Source of the DNA: an uncultured Verrucomicrobiae bacterium
GTDB lineage: Bacteria; Verrucomicrobiota; Verrucomicrobiia; Chthoniobacterales; JAFAMB01
Direction: 5' to 3'
DNA: 64,000 nt
Assembly (NCBI GenBank): GCA_963762565.1
Contig: CAVXLD010000001.1
Coordinates: 64,001-128,000, forward strand
Shown here: positions 40,103 through 48,930 of the stretch, one piece after another
Layout of the letters: each line of letters opens with the position of its first letter
Position numbering within the stretch: position 1 is the stretch's first letter
Translations under genes and position numbers: made by a program
Notes under the pieces: generated by a model
Databases searched by the model: none
What the model was told of the DNA's origin: nothing
What the model saw: only the letters and a program-made list of their open reading frames with translations

Positions 40103-42544
40103 GTCTCGTAGCGCCGTGATGGGATCGATGCGCGTCGCTCGGAATGCGGGTAGCAGACAGGCGAGGAGCGCAGCCGTGGAGAGTACCAGGGCACTGGTCA
40201 ACACCGCCGCAGGATCACTCGCCGATACGCCATAAAGGACGCTTCCGATGATTTGTCCCAGTACGATCCCCGCGCCTATGCCGACAATGAGTCCCACGCA
40301 AATAATGCGCAGTCCCTGATAAGTAACCAATTTAATGATATTCGTTGCTTCGGCCCCTAAAGCCATTCTAACGCCGATCTCCCGGACCCGCATGCTTACC
40401 GAGTAGGAAAGAACTGCGTATAACCCAATTGCAGCCAACAAGAGCGCGACACAGGAGAACAACCCCACTACGACCAATGAGAGGCGCCTAGTTGTGAAAC
40501 TTTTAGCAATCAGATTGTCGTAGGCGCTGACGTTGGCCAGGGGAAGATCGGGATCAAGCGTGCCGATCGTGTTTCGCAAAGCCGGAATCACCGACTGAGG
40601 GTCAACGGTTGTATGCAGAACCAGTGTTTCGAACTTCGTGAATTCGCCGAAGCCTCCTGCCGTCTGCGAGTACGAGAAATAGGATTGAAACGGCGTTTGG
40701 CCGTGCCCGGGGTCGTTGTGTTGTACGTCAGCCACAACCCCAATGATCGTAGTAATATGGCGCGGCCGATTGAATAAATGTCCGACGTCGTCAAGCTGTT
40801 TCCCGATGGGATCTTCACCGTGGAAAAAGCGTTGGGCAATGCTCTGGTTGATAATAACGACATTTTCGGAGTTGGGTTGATCTCGATCGTCAAAGAAACG
40901 CCCTCTTAGCAATGGAATACCAAGCGCGCGAAAATAACCGGGCGAGACGATCTGGTGAATCATCCATGGCAGGCGGCTGACGTCCGTTACCGGTTGGCCC
41001 GCTATGATCAGAGTTTCATGATCGTTATTGTCACCAAAAGGAACGCAATCGTTCAGCCCAAGATCGGTCACACCTGGTATTTGACGAGCCTTATCTAGCA
41101 ATGAATCGAAGAACGCCTTCCGCTTTTCGCCGTCAGCGTACTTCGTACTCGCCAGATAAACGTCCGCCACCAGAACCTGATGACTTTTGAATCCCAATGG
41201 AACACCTTGGACAGCCAAAAAGCTTCGTAAAAGCAATCCTGCTCCGATCAAAAGCACTGAGGCCAGGGCGACCTGCCCGATTACCAGAATGCTTTGGCTG
41301 CGTTGGCGTTCTCGCCCGACCGTACCAGTCCGTCCTCCTTCATCGCGAAGTGCGGAAGCTAAATTTGCCCTCGACAGAACGAGGGCAGGAAAAAGTCCAA
41401 AAAGCAGGGCGGTTAGCAAGGTCAGACCGAAAACAAATAACAGGGCCGTACCATCAATCGCGATGTTCTGCAGGCGACTGATGTCGCCCGGATCGAGCAT
41501 TTTGATTAAGGAGACGCCCCAACAAGCCGTTAACAATCCAATTCCACCACCCATCAGCGCAAGTACTAGGCTCTCGCTTAGCAGCTGTACCAATAAGCGT
41601 TCCCGGCTCGCTCCGAGCGCAGCCCGGACCGTTATCTCTTTGCTTCGTTCACGTGCCCTTGCCAGCAGTAGGTTCGCGGTGTTAGCACAGGTAATTAGTA
41701 GCAAACAAATTACCGCCCCACCGAGCAGCCAGAGCGTGGTCGCATAGTCACTCACGACGCTGGCGAGGAAGGGCTCGATCCTGACTCCAAACGGGGCGCT
41801 CGTGTCCGGATATTGAGTGATCAGATTTCGATTGAGGACTTCAAAGTCGGCTTGCGTCTGCGCAATTGTGACCGCGTCCTTCAATCGGCCAACACAGAGA
41901 AACATGTGGCCGCTACGGCGAGAGCTAACGTCTTGGTAGCGAGGATCAAGAGTAAACGGTATGTACAGGTCGATTCTTGCGATTTCATTGGCCTGCGCCG
42001 GCGTAACCCCGATGATCTCGAAATTGCGTCCGTTCAAAGTGATGTTTTTGCCGATCACCTTCGGGTCCGCGTGAAACCGTTTTCGCCAGAGCACATCGGT
42101 AATCACAACGACGCTGGCCGCGATTTTGTCTTCCTTTTCTCCGAACGGCCGGCCCAGCAGTAGCGGTCTGCCCATAAGGGCAAAGAAATTGCCGGTCACA
42201 TAGGCGCCATCTATACGCTCGGGTTCAGTATCCCCGGTGACCTGGAAATCGTCCGGCTGGATCAGCGCCAAATCCTGGAGCGTATGTTGGCCAGACTTGA
42301 AATCGACGTAGTCACTGTAGGCCATGTCCATTCGCGGAACGTCTTGTGTTGGCTGAAAAATTCTGACCAACCTGTCCCCTTGCGGATATGGAAGCGGCTT
42401 GAGCAGAACGCCATTGATAAGGCTGAAGATGGCAGTGTTGGCGCCAATGCCCAAGCCCAGGATCACGATCGCGGTAATGGTAAATCCAGGTGATTTCAGC
42501 AAGAGCCGAACGGTGAGGCGGAGATGGGAAATTAGGCTGCGCAT
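40100..42544 (-). CDS. ADOP permease copy 2
   Basis: MRSLISHLRLTVRLLLKSPGF...IDPITALRD. Confidence 0.93.
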   Translation of the reverse strand: MRSLISHLRLTVRLLLKSPGFTITAIVILGLGIGANTAIFSLINGVLLKPLPYPQGDRLVRIFQPTQDVPRMDMAYSDYVDFKSGQHTLQDLALIQPDDFQVTGDTEPERIDGAYVTGNFFALMGRPLLLGRPFGEKEDKIAASVVVITDVLWRKRFHADPKVIGKNITLNGRNFEIIGVTPAQANEIARIDLYIPFTLDPRYQDVSSRRSGHMFLCVGRLKDAVTIAQTQADFEVLNRNLITQYPDTSAPFGVRIEPFLASVVSDYATTLWLLGGAVICLLLITCANTANLLLARARERSKEITVRAALGASRERLLVQLLSESLVLALMGGGIGLLTACWGVSLIKMLDPGDISRLQNIAIDGTALLFVFGLTLLTALLFGLFPALVLSRANLASALRDEGGRTGTVGRERQRSQSILVIGQVALASVLLIGAGLLLRSFLAVQGVPLGFKSHQVLVADVYLASTKYADGEKRKAFFDSLLDKARQIPGVTDLGLNDCVPFGDNNDHETLIIAGQPVTDVSRLPWMIHQIVSPGYFRALGIPLLRGRFFDDRDQPNSENVVIINQSIAQRFFHGEDPIGKQLDDVGHLFNRPRHITTIIGVVADVQHNDPGHGQTPFQSYFSYSQTAGGFGEFTKFETLVLHTTVDPQSVIPALRNTIGTLDPDLPLANVSAYDNLIAKSFTTRRLSLVVVGLFSCVALLLAAIGLYAVLSYSVSMRVREIGVRMALGAEATNIIKLVTYQGLRIICVGLIVGIGAGIVLGQIIGSVLYGVSASDPAAVLTSALVLSTAALLACLLPAFRATRIDPITALRD

Positions 42545-42551
42545 GACAAGC

Positions 42552-42748
42552 AGGAGCTAGGAGCTAGAATCTAGGAGCTAGAAGTTCGCTTCGGGGTTTT
42601 TGGATAGTGCAATCGAGGGACAGATTTCGTGCCGTCATTTAACATTCGTTGTGTAAGATTCGCGCTCATTTTGATGTCTCCTAGATCCTAGATTCTAGCT
42701 TCTAGCTTCTAGCTCTCTAGCTCCTAGCTCCTAGCTTCTAGCTCCTAC
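42552..42748. repeat. (GGAGCTA)-arm palindromic element
   Basis: aggagctaggagctagaatctaggagctag ... ctagatcctagattctagcttctagct...(ctcctag)n. Confidence 0.88.
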
Positions 42749-42864
42749 AGCGACCAACAGCCGATAGCCAACGGGTAGGAGCCAGGTCTGCGCGCACGAG
42801 TGGAACTTCGATTGGCTGGGATGAACGACGTTCCCGCTCCATACGCTTTCCGGTTAAGGTTCAT
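42745..42864 (-). CDS. Putative 39-aa small peptide (below ORF-track cutoff)
   Basis: AGGAG 7 nt before ATG; MNLNRKAYGAGTSFIPANRSSTRARRPGSYPLAIGCWSL; stop abuts the repeat arm like neighbouring genes. Confidence 0.4.
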   Translation of the reverse strand: MNLNRKAYGAGTSFIPANRSSTRARRPGSYPLAIGCWSL

Positions 42865-42942
42865 GCTGGATCTCCTATGCCTTTTTCCCTTGGCTACCGG
42901 CTGTTAGTCACTGGGAGTTGCCACAGCAAGGTAACGGGGATT

Positions 42943-43062
42943 CTTTCACAACAAGGCCACAAAGGCGCCAAGACTGAACAGGTTCAAAAAAAGGCTTTTT
43001 TCGAAATCCACTATCTGTCTCAGTCGTTTTGTCTCTGCGGCCTTTGCGACCTTGCTGTGAAC
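42943..43062. repeat. Degenerate nonamer-arm palindromic element
   Basis: tttcacaacaaggccacaaaggcgccaag / ctctgcggcctttgcgaccttgctgtgaa. Confidence 0.7.
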
Positions 43063-43220
43063 TATTCTGTCTCCTTGTTGCGTTCTAAAAATTCACTGAT
43101 CATGATCAGCACACAAAGTTCGCGAAGCTGGGTCCGCTCTTCCGAACTGAGGCCGTCATCGTTTCCCGCCGATTCTTCCTGCCCCATGACCAATGGGTTT
43201 ATTTCATGTAATGGCTTCAT
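43062..43220 (-). CDS. Putative 52-aa acidic small protein
   Basis: MKPLHEINPLVMGQEESAGNDDGLSSEERTQLRELCVLIMISEFLERNKETE, upstream AAGGA, co-oriented after the ATPase. Confidence 0.4.
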   Translation of the reverse strand: MKPLHEINPLVMGQEESAGNDDGLSSEERTQLRELCVLIMISEFLERNKETE

Positions 43221-43263
43221 TATTTTATTCGGTCCTTGAGACACCCATCTTCGTGGCTGAAAT

Positions 43264-44013
43264 TCATCCACCCACAACCCGAGGGGTAGGTTCTCCTTCG
43301 TTTTCGTTGTTCTCGGCCACGATCTGACCGTCGAAGAGATGCACGGTTCGGTCCGCATAACCGGCAAATCGTGGATCATGGGTTACCATACAAATGGTAG
43401 CGCCGCCCTGATGCAATTCGGATAGCAAATCCATTACGGCGTCACCGTTTTTGCTATCCAAGTTACCCGTTGGCTCGTCGGCCAGCAGGATCGATGGTGA
43501 ACCAACCAACGCTCGGGCTACCGCCACGCGCTGTTGTTGTCCACCACTCAGCTGATTCGGATAGTGCCGTTGCCGATGGCTCATCCCGACTCGATCCAAG
43601 GATTGCAGAACCCGCTGTTTACGTTCGCTCCTGGGCATCTCGCCGCGATAGGTCAATGGTAGTTCGACGTTCTCGTATACCGTCAAGTCACCGATCAGGT
43701 TGAAACTCTGAAAAATGAATCCGATTTCCCGGTTACGGATCCTGGCTCTCTCGGACAGCTTCAGTTGTTCAACTTGCCGCCCATTCAGCCGGTAGGCCCC
43801 TTCCGAAGGCGAGTCTAGCAGACCTAGAATCGATAGGAGCGTCGATTTGCCGCAACCGCTCTGGCCGGCGATCGCCACATATTCGCCCTTCAAAATCTCG
43901 AGATAGATACCGGCTAACGCATGGGTTTCAATCTCGTCAGTAAGAAAGACTTTCTTTATCGCGTCTAGGTGGATGAGGGGTTCTGGGTTCACGTTTGGCA
44001 GTTCGCTGTTCAC
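43264..44013 (-). CDS. ABC transporter ATP-binding protein (MacB/LolD-type)
   Basis: [33 protein letters not shown]; start codon uncertain. Confidence 0.95.
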   Translation of the reverse strand: MNSELPNVNPEPLIHLDAIKKVFLTDEIETHALAGIYLEILKGEYVAIAGQSGCGKSTLLSILGLLDSPSEGAYRLNGRQVEQLKLSERARIRNREIGFIFQSFNLIGDLTVYENVELPLTYRGEMPRSERKQRVLQSLDRVGMSHRQRHYPNQLSGGQQQRVAVARALVGSPSILLADEPTGNLDSKNGDAVMDLLSELHQGGATICMVTHDPRFAGYADRTVHLFDGQIVAENNENEGEPTPRVVGG

Positions 44014-44320
44014 GGTTGAGGTTGGCGGTTAGCGGTTTGCAGTTGTCGGTTAGCGGTTTCAATCGTTCTCGTCCTCGCTCTCGTAATCGTCCTCGTCCTC
44101 GATTCGCTTTGGTTTCTGTTCACGGTGGGCGTTTTAGCGTGGTAGGCACGAAATAGTAATCGGTGCTCGTGTTTCGCGCTGGGTAGCCGGTTAGCGACCG
44201 TTGAACCACTTTCACTACACATGCGTGGTAACCAAAGTTTCGGATTCATTTGAAATTTTTTCGGAGTTTTATTTTTCCGTACCAATCACCAATCACTTCT
44301 CACCTCTCACGTTCCCTCAC
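44014..44320. repeat. Mixed heptamer/hexamer repeat arms
   Basis: ggttagc-type left arm, ctcgtc hexamer tract 44068-44103, accaatc/cttctca right arm. Confidence 0.75.
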
Positions 44321-46743
44321 TCCTGCCGCAATGCGGTCACGGGATCTATATTCATCGCTCGTCGTGCAGGTAAATAATTCGCGAGTAGACCAACCGCGAT
44401 TAAAAGGAAAATCACTCCCAGGAAAGTCTCTGGATCGGTTGCTCTAACACCGTAAAGCAGGCCTTGGATCAGTTGGGTCAGGCAGACAGCCGCGAACAAA
44501 CCGATGGCAATCCCGAGCCCGATCAGCTTTCCTGCTTGAACCAAAAGCAGGAAGAACAGATCTCGCCGTTGGGCGCCGATAGCGGCGCGCACCGCGATTT
44601 CCCGGGTTCGCTGCGCGACTCCGTATGATATAACGCTGTAGATTCCCATCGCGGCCAGGATCAGCGCTACTACTGCAAAACTACCAACAAAGCAGAGGTT
44701 TAGGCTCCGATCACCTATGGATTCCGCAATCAATTGGGACCACGGTTTAACCCTGTCCAGCGGCACCATAGGATCGATCTCGGCGATCTTCTGCCGTATA
44801 GGATTAACGAGAGTTTGAGGATCGATTGAATCTGCCGCCCGAACAACCAAGACCATACCCAGTGCCAGATTTGATCCTCCAAGCCCGTAATGCGGCGCCT
44901 GGCTTACCGGATAATAGAATTCATCGCGAACCGGGGCCGTTAATCCAAAGTGATGGACGTCGCCGACAACGCCAACAATGGTCCCGGTCCAACCGCTTTC
45001 GTTATCGATCTTATTTCCAATCGCGTCTTGAGGGCTCTTCCAGAACCGAAGCGCCATCGAACGGTTGATAAGAATTCTTGGAGGAACATCCGGCCCGTCT
45101 TCTGGGCTAAAAAGGCGTCCAGCAATTAGCGGAATGCCGGCGGATCGAAAATAGTCACCATTGATCACGCGGAATTGGGCAACCGGTTCATGGCCTGGAG
45201 CAAACGCAGGTCTGCCCACAATCTGGAATCCAGTATCGGTATCTCCCCCAGTTAATGGTAACAAAGTAATTGCTCCAGCTGCGGTTACTCCGGGGATCCC
45301 AGCCATCTTTTGTTGGATCGATTGATAAAAGGACCGAACGGATTCATCCGTGGGATAGCGGGCAGGCGGCAACGAAAGCGAAGCGGTTAAGATTTTCTCA
45401 GGGTGTTGTATACCGGAATCGGTTTCCTCTACCTTAAGAAAAGAACGGAGTAGCAGGCCGGCGCAACTGAGCACAACCAGCGCGCAGCTAATCTCGGCGA
45501 TGACCAGCCCATTTCTTATCAGGGCTTGACGGATCCCACCCGCTGAGCCGCGCGAGGTCTCTCGGAGCACATGCTGCGGTCCTACTCGGTCGGCCACCGC
45601 GAGCGCCGGCACTAGTCCACAAACGGTTCCAATCAGAAGGGTAAGCACCAATGAAAACAGAAGACCAAGCGCATTCATGTGGATTTCGGATGCGCGAGCC
45701 AAATGGTCTTGGGCTAGAAATGTGAATACTCTTGTCCCCCAACCAGCTAAAATGATTCCCAGGAGCCCTCCGCTAATGCCCAGCAAGAGACTCTCCGCCA
45801 GCGACTGTCGGGCTAACCGCCAACGGCTTGCACCAAGCGAAGCTCGAATGGCGAACTCTCGCCTTCGGTTCAACGCCCGCGACAACAACAGATTCGCCAA
45901 ATTGAACGACGCGATCAGCAGCATGCAGGCAACCGCCCCTTGCAGCATCAAGAGCCCGGCACGCTGGCTGCCAACCATGTCCTCCTGCAGCGGAACCAGT
46001 CGCACGCCAAAGCCGGTATTATTCTTCTGGTCTTCGCGCGCAAGATCAGCAGCGATTTCCGACATCTGGTTCCTGGCTTGGGTGATATTCACACCCGGTT
46101 TCAGTCTTCCGTAAATCTGAAGCCAACGATTTCCCCGATCCGCGCTTTGCCCCGGATTGAATACTAGCGGTATCCAGAGTTGAACCGTTTCATCTGGAAA
46201 ATGAAACCAGCCCGGCGCAATCCCAACGACCGAATAAGTCTCCGCATTTAATTGAATGCGCTTCCCAAGAGCTGCTTCGGCAGATCCAAATAACTCCCGG
46301 CCCAGACCTTCGCCCAGAACGACAACATGCCCTTGTCCGGGGTTATCTTCATTCGGCAAAAAGCTCCGACCTAGGTGTGGGCTAACGCCCATCAAGTTAA
46401 AATAATTTGGCGAGACAGCTGCGATCGAAATTTCTTGGGCGCCTTGATTACTCTCCAGAGCAATTTTTCGCGTTCGGCAGGCCGCCATCTCATCGAAGAC
46501 AGTGTTTCGGTCCCTCCAATCCTGGAAGTCTAAAACTGAAACCTCGCTGTACGGCCAAGCCGGTTCCCAGTCAGAGTAAATGTGCACCAGTTGTTTAGGC
46601 TGAGAGACTGGAAGTGACCTGAGTAATACCGCGTCGACTATACTGAACACGGTGACATTCGCCCCAATGCCAATCCCCAGCGTCAACACCGCCATGGCTG
46701 TAAAGCCGGGGGATTTCGCTAAGAGGCGTAGGGCATGGCGCAT
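44317..46743 (-). CDS. ADOP permease copy 1 (most divergent N-terminus)
   Basis: MRHALRLLAKSPGF...IDPVTALRQE. Confidence 0.93.
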   Translation of the reverse strand: MRHALRLLAKSPGFTAMAVLTLGIGIGANVTVFSIVDAVLLRSLPVSQPKQLVHIYSDWEPAWPYSEVSVLDFQDWRDRNTVFDEMAACRTRKIALESNQGAQEISIAAVSPNYFNLMGVSPHLGRSFLPNEDNPGQGHVVVLGEGLGRELFGSAEAALGKRIQLNAETYSVVGIAPGWFHFPDETVQLWIPLVFNPGQSADRGNRWLQIYGRLKPGVNITQARNQMSEIAADLAREDQKNNTGFGVRLVPLQEDMVGSQRAGLLMLQGAVACMLLIASFNLANLLLSRALNRRREFAIRASLGASRWRLARQSLAESLLLGISGGLLGIILAGWGTRVFTFLAQDHLARASEIHMNALGLLFSLVLTLLIGTVCGLVPALAVADRVGPQHVLRETSRGSAGGIRQALIRNGLVIAEISCALVVLSCAGLLLRSFLKVEETDSGIQHPEKILTASLSLPPARYPTDESVRSFYQSIQQKMAGIPGVTAAGAITLLPLTGGDTDTGFQIVGRPAFAPGHEPVAQFRVINGDYFRSAGIPLIAGRLFSPEDGPDVPPRILINRSMALRFWKSPQDAIGNKIDNESGWTGTIVGVVGDVHHFGLTAPVRDEFYYPVSQAPHYGLGGSNLALGMVLVVRAADSIDPQTLVNPIRQKIAEIDPMVPLDRVKPWSQLIAESIGDRSLNLCFVGSFAVVALILAAMGIYSVISYGVAQRTREIAVRAAIGAQRRDLFFLLLVQAGKLIGLGIAIGLFAAVCLTQLIQGLLYGVRATDPETFLGVIFLLIAVGLLANYLPARRAMNIDPVTALRQE

Positions 46744-46751
46744 GGCGGGGG

Positions 46752-47043
46752 AAGTGATTAGTGATTAGTGATTGGTGGTGCTGCGCTCACGCCGATCGGC
46801 CGTTTTTTGCGTTCTCACGAAAAAAGCAACCTCACAGACCGGCAGCGAATACACTGGAAAGGGCGAATCGATTAGTCCTCTGGAGTCGTGGCGTTTCCAA
46901 AAGCTCTCACGATGCGCGATTTGTTTATTGAAAATTTTCATTTTGTTAGCTCCATCACGCTCACCAATCACCAATCACCAATCACCAATCACCAATCACC
47001 AATCACCAATCACCAATCACCAATCACCAATCACCAATCACCT
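46752..47043. repeat. Inverted heptamer arms (GTGATTA/G) ... (AATCACC)n
   Basis: Right arm about 11 units; includes the adaptor gene stop codon. Confidence 0.92.
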
Positions 47044-48366
47044 CAGTTGTATGCGTTCATGACTATCAAAGGCGCTGGTATCGGACAGAATCACGTGGTC
47101 ACCCGGCGTTAGGCCATTTAGGATTACAACTTTGGTGGCGGAACCACGACCCAACTGGACCTTAGTTCTGGTGGCGGTGACACCATCTGCACTCAACCGG
47201 AACAAACCGATAGTAGAATCATCCTGGCCGAAAGCGGGTCGACCGACGTAGATGGCATCAGCTAAACGTTCGAGTTCGATGGTTCCTTCCACACTCAGGT
47301 CGGGTCTAGCTCCTTTAGGTAGTTCGATCCCGTGAAAGGTAACATCGACGAGCACGGTCCCTTCGCTCACCGCCGGATCGATTCGAGCCACCGTACCGCT
47401 GACGATACTGCCGTTGCGCATATCAACTTGCGCGGTCTGCCCGATGGCAATGTCCCGGGCTTGAGTTTCCGGGATTTTGATTTGTGCTTTCAGCTTGGTG
47501 TTGTCCGCCACTCGGGCAAGGTTGGTGCCGGCAGAAACCCGCTGCCCGACCTCGACAGCGATTTGCTGGAGGACACCGTTCATTCCGGCTCGCACCTGTA
47601 GGGCATCGACCTGTCCATGGCGTAATTCGGCTTGGGCTTCGGCCTGTTCGAGATCCGTTTGGGCAACTGCCATTCGCGGCGCCATGGATCTCTTCGCGAA
47701 TTCGTAACGCTGTTTCTGTACCTCAAAATTCGCGGATAATTCCGTGGCTGCGATCTTCGCCTTCTGAAAGTCGAGAGTCGAAATCAGGCCGCCTTTCGAC
47801 AACCGTTCATCTGCCTCAAACTCGGCCTGAGCGGTGTCGCGATCGGCCTGAGCTTTGGTCAAGTTGGCCTGTTGCTCCAGCATTTCTCCTTCTAGCTCCG
47901 CTTGTAGCTGGGTCAGTTTCGCTTGAGCGCTCTTGGCTGCGGCATCCGCGTCCCTCGCTTCTTGCTCTAACTCGGCGCTGCTCAACTTCAATATCACGGA
48001 ATCCGCGGTTACTTCTGTTCCCGGCCAGATCACGATTTGCTCGACTCGGGCGTCGGTTCGGGCAGGGATCCAACGGACGTCTTCGGGAACTAGCGTTCCG
48101 ATTCCACGCACGTCGCGAATCAGCGGTCCGCGCGACACGGTATCAATCCAGACCGAGCTTCGGTCTACCGAGGGCAGAGCCGGTTCAAGCCGGGCAACAA
48201 AAATACTAACTCCGGTCACCACCGCTGCCGCCAGCAAAAGCAGCAACACATTTCTGCGCCATTTCTTTTGGCGGTAACCGATTCGCGGAATGTCCATCCG
48301 AGAACCGTCCGCCGGGACAGAGAAAACTGGTTCTACTTTCTTTTTTGGCAGCACGCTGAGCGTCAC
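47038..48366 (-). CDS. HlyD-family periplasmic adaptor (MacA-like)
   Basis: N-terminal TM, VRGIGTLVP, coiled hairpin, VRAGMNGVLQ, GARPDLSVEG; alternative start 48297 (MDIPR). Confidence 0.9.
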   Translation of the reverse strand: MTLSVLPKKKVEPVFSVPADGSRMDIPRIGYRQKKWRRNVLLLLLAAAVVTGVSIFVARLEPALPSVDRSSVWIDTVSRGPLIRDVRGIGTLVPEDVRWIPARTDARVEQIVIWPGTEVTADSVILKLSSAELEQEARDADAAAKSAQAKLTQLQAELEGEMLEQQANLTKAQADRDTAQAEFEADERLSKGGLISTLDFQKAKIAATELSANFEVQKQRYEFAKRSMAPRMAVAQTDLEQAEAQAELRHGQVDALQVRAGMNGVLQQIAVEVGQRVSAGTNLARVADNTKLKAQIKIPETQARDIAIGQTAQVDMRNGSIVSGTVARIDPAVSEGTVLVDVTFHGIELPKGARPDLSVEGTIELERLADAIYVGRPAFGQDDSTIGLFRLSADGVTATRTKVQLGRGSATKVVILNGLTPGDHVILSDTSAFDSHERIQLR

Positions 48367-48368
48367 GG

Positions 48369-48611
48369 TTAAGTATTTTGGACAAAGCAGACCGGTTGGA
48401 TATTCTGTTGATCAGCGACGACTGCAGAAGCTCTCGGAGAGTAGGATTGCGCAGAAGCCGGTGTGATCTGAGACAGACTGAAGAGAATGCTGATCGCGGT
48501 GCTTGCGGCAAAGACCGCCCACACGGCGGACTCTACGAAACCAGTACTACGAACCGCTTTTTGGGATTCTCGTTGAAATTCCATGATCGAAGAGAATGGG
48601 ATGATTTTCAT
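48369..48611 (-). CDS. Small single-TM hypothetical protein (80 aa), first gene of the transporter operon
   Basis: MKIIPF...VESAVWAVFAASTAISILFSL; lies just downstream of a sigma-54 site, stop 2 nt from the adaptor start. Confidence 0.55.
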   Translation of the reverse strand: MKIIPFSSIMEFQRESQKAVRSTGFVESAVWAVFAASTAISILFSLSQITPASAQSYSPRASAVVADQQNIQPVCFVQNT

Positions 48612-48636
48612 AATAACAGCCTTCGTCCATCCCATA

Positions 48637-48652
48637 GGCATTTGCCGTGCCA
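48637..48652 (-). promoter_or_regulatory. Sigma-54 (-24/-12) promoter
   Basis: TGGCACGGCAAATGCC, close to TGGCAC-N5-TTGC; cognate bEBP gene adjacent. Confidence 0.75.
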
Positions 48653-48729
48653 AGCCAGAAAGTCGCTATCTAAGCGGCTTTCTATGAACGACTTATAAAA
48701 AGTCGTTATTTTAGAACCCTATGGAAAAC

Positions 48730-48768
48730 GATCTCAAAATAGGATTGCGATTCTCAATTTGAGACGGA
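48730..48768. promoter_or_regulatory. Putative bEBP upstream activator sites
   Basis: Two related sites atctcaaaataggat and the palindrome tctcaatttgaga, 80-115 bp upstream of the sigma-54 site. Confidence 0.45.
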
Positions 48769-48769
48769 A

Positions 48770-48930
48770 GGGTGAGGGCAAAAGGGCGAAGGGGCGAGGT
48801 TTAAGTGGACTCAGTGGACGGAGTGCACGAAGTGTGCCGCGCCAAACGCCAAACGCCAAACGCCAAACGCCAAACGCCAAACGCCAAACGCCAAACGCCA
48901 AACGCCTTTCACCTTTCACTCTTCACCTTG
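48770..48930. repeat. (CGCCAAA)n array with GGTGAAA-type arms
   Basis: About 9 cgccaaa units at 48840-48906; tttcacctttcactcttcacc overlaps the kinase 3' end. Confidence 0.9.

Noticed and set aside
34800..42748. CRISPR array or true integron
   Set aside because: Repeats are inverted arms separated by whole genes, not direct repeats with 30-40-nt spacers; no cas genes, IntI or canonical attC core sites seen
25071..46743. Diversity-generating retroelement acting on permeases
   Set aside because: No reverse transcriptase and no TR/VR pair differing only at adenines was seen; divergence is spread across the genes
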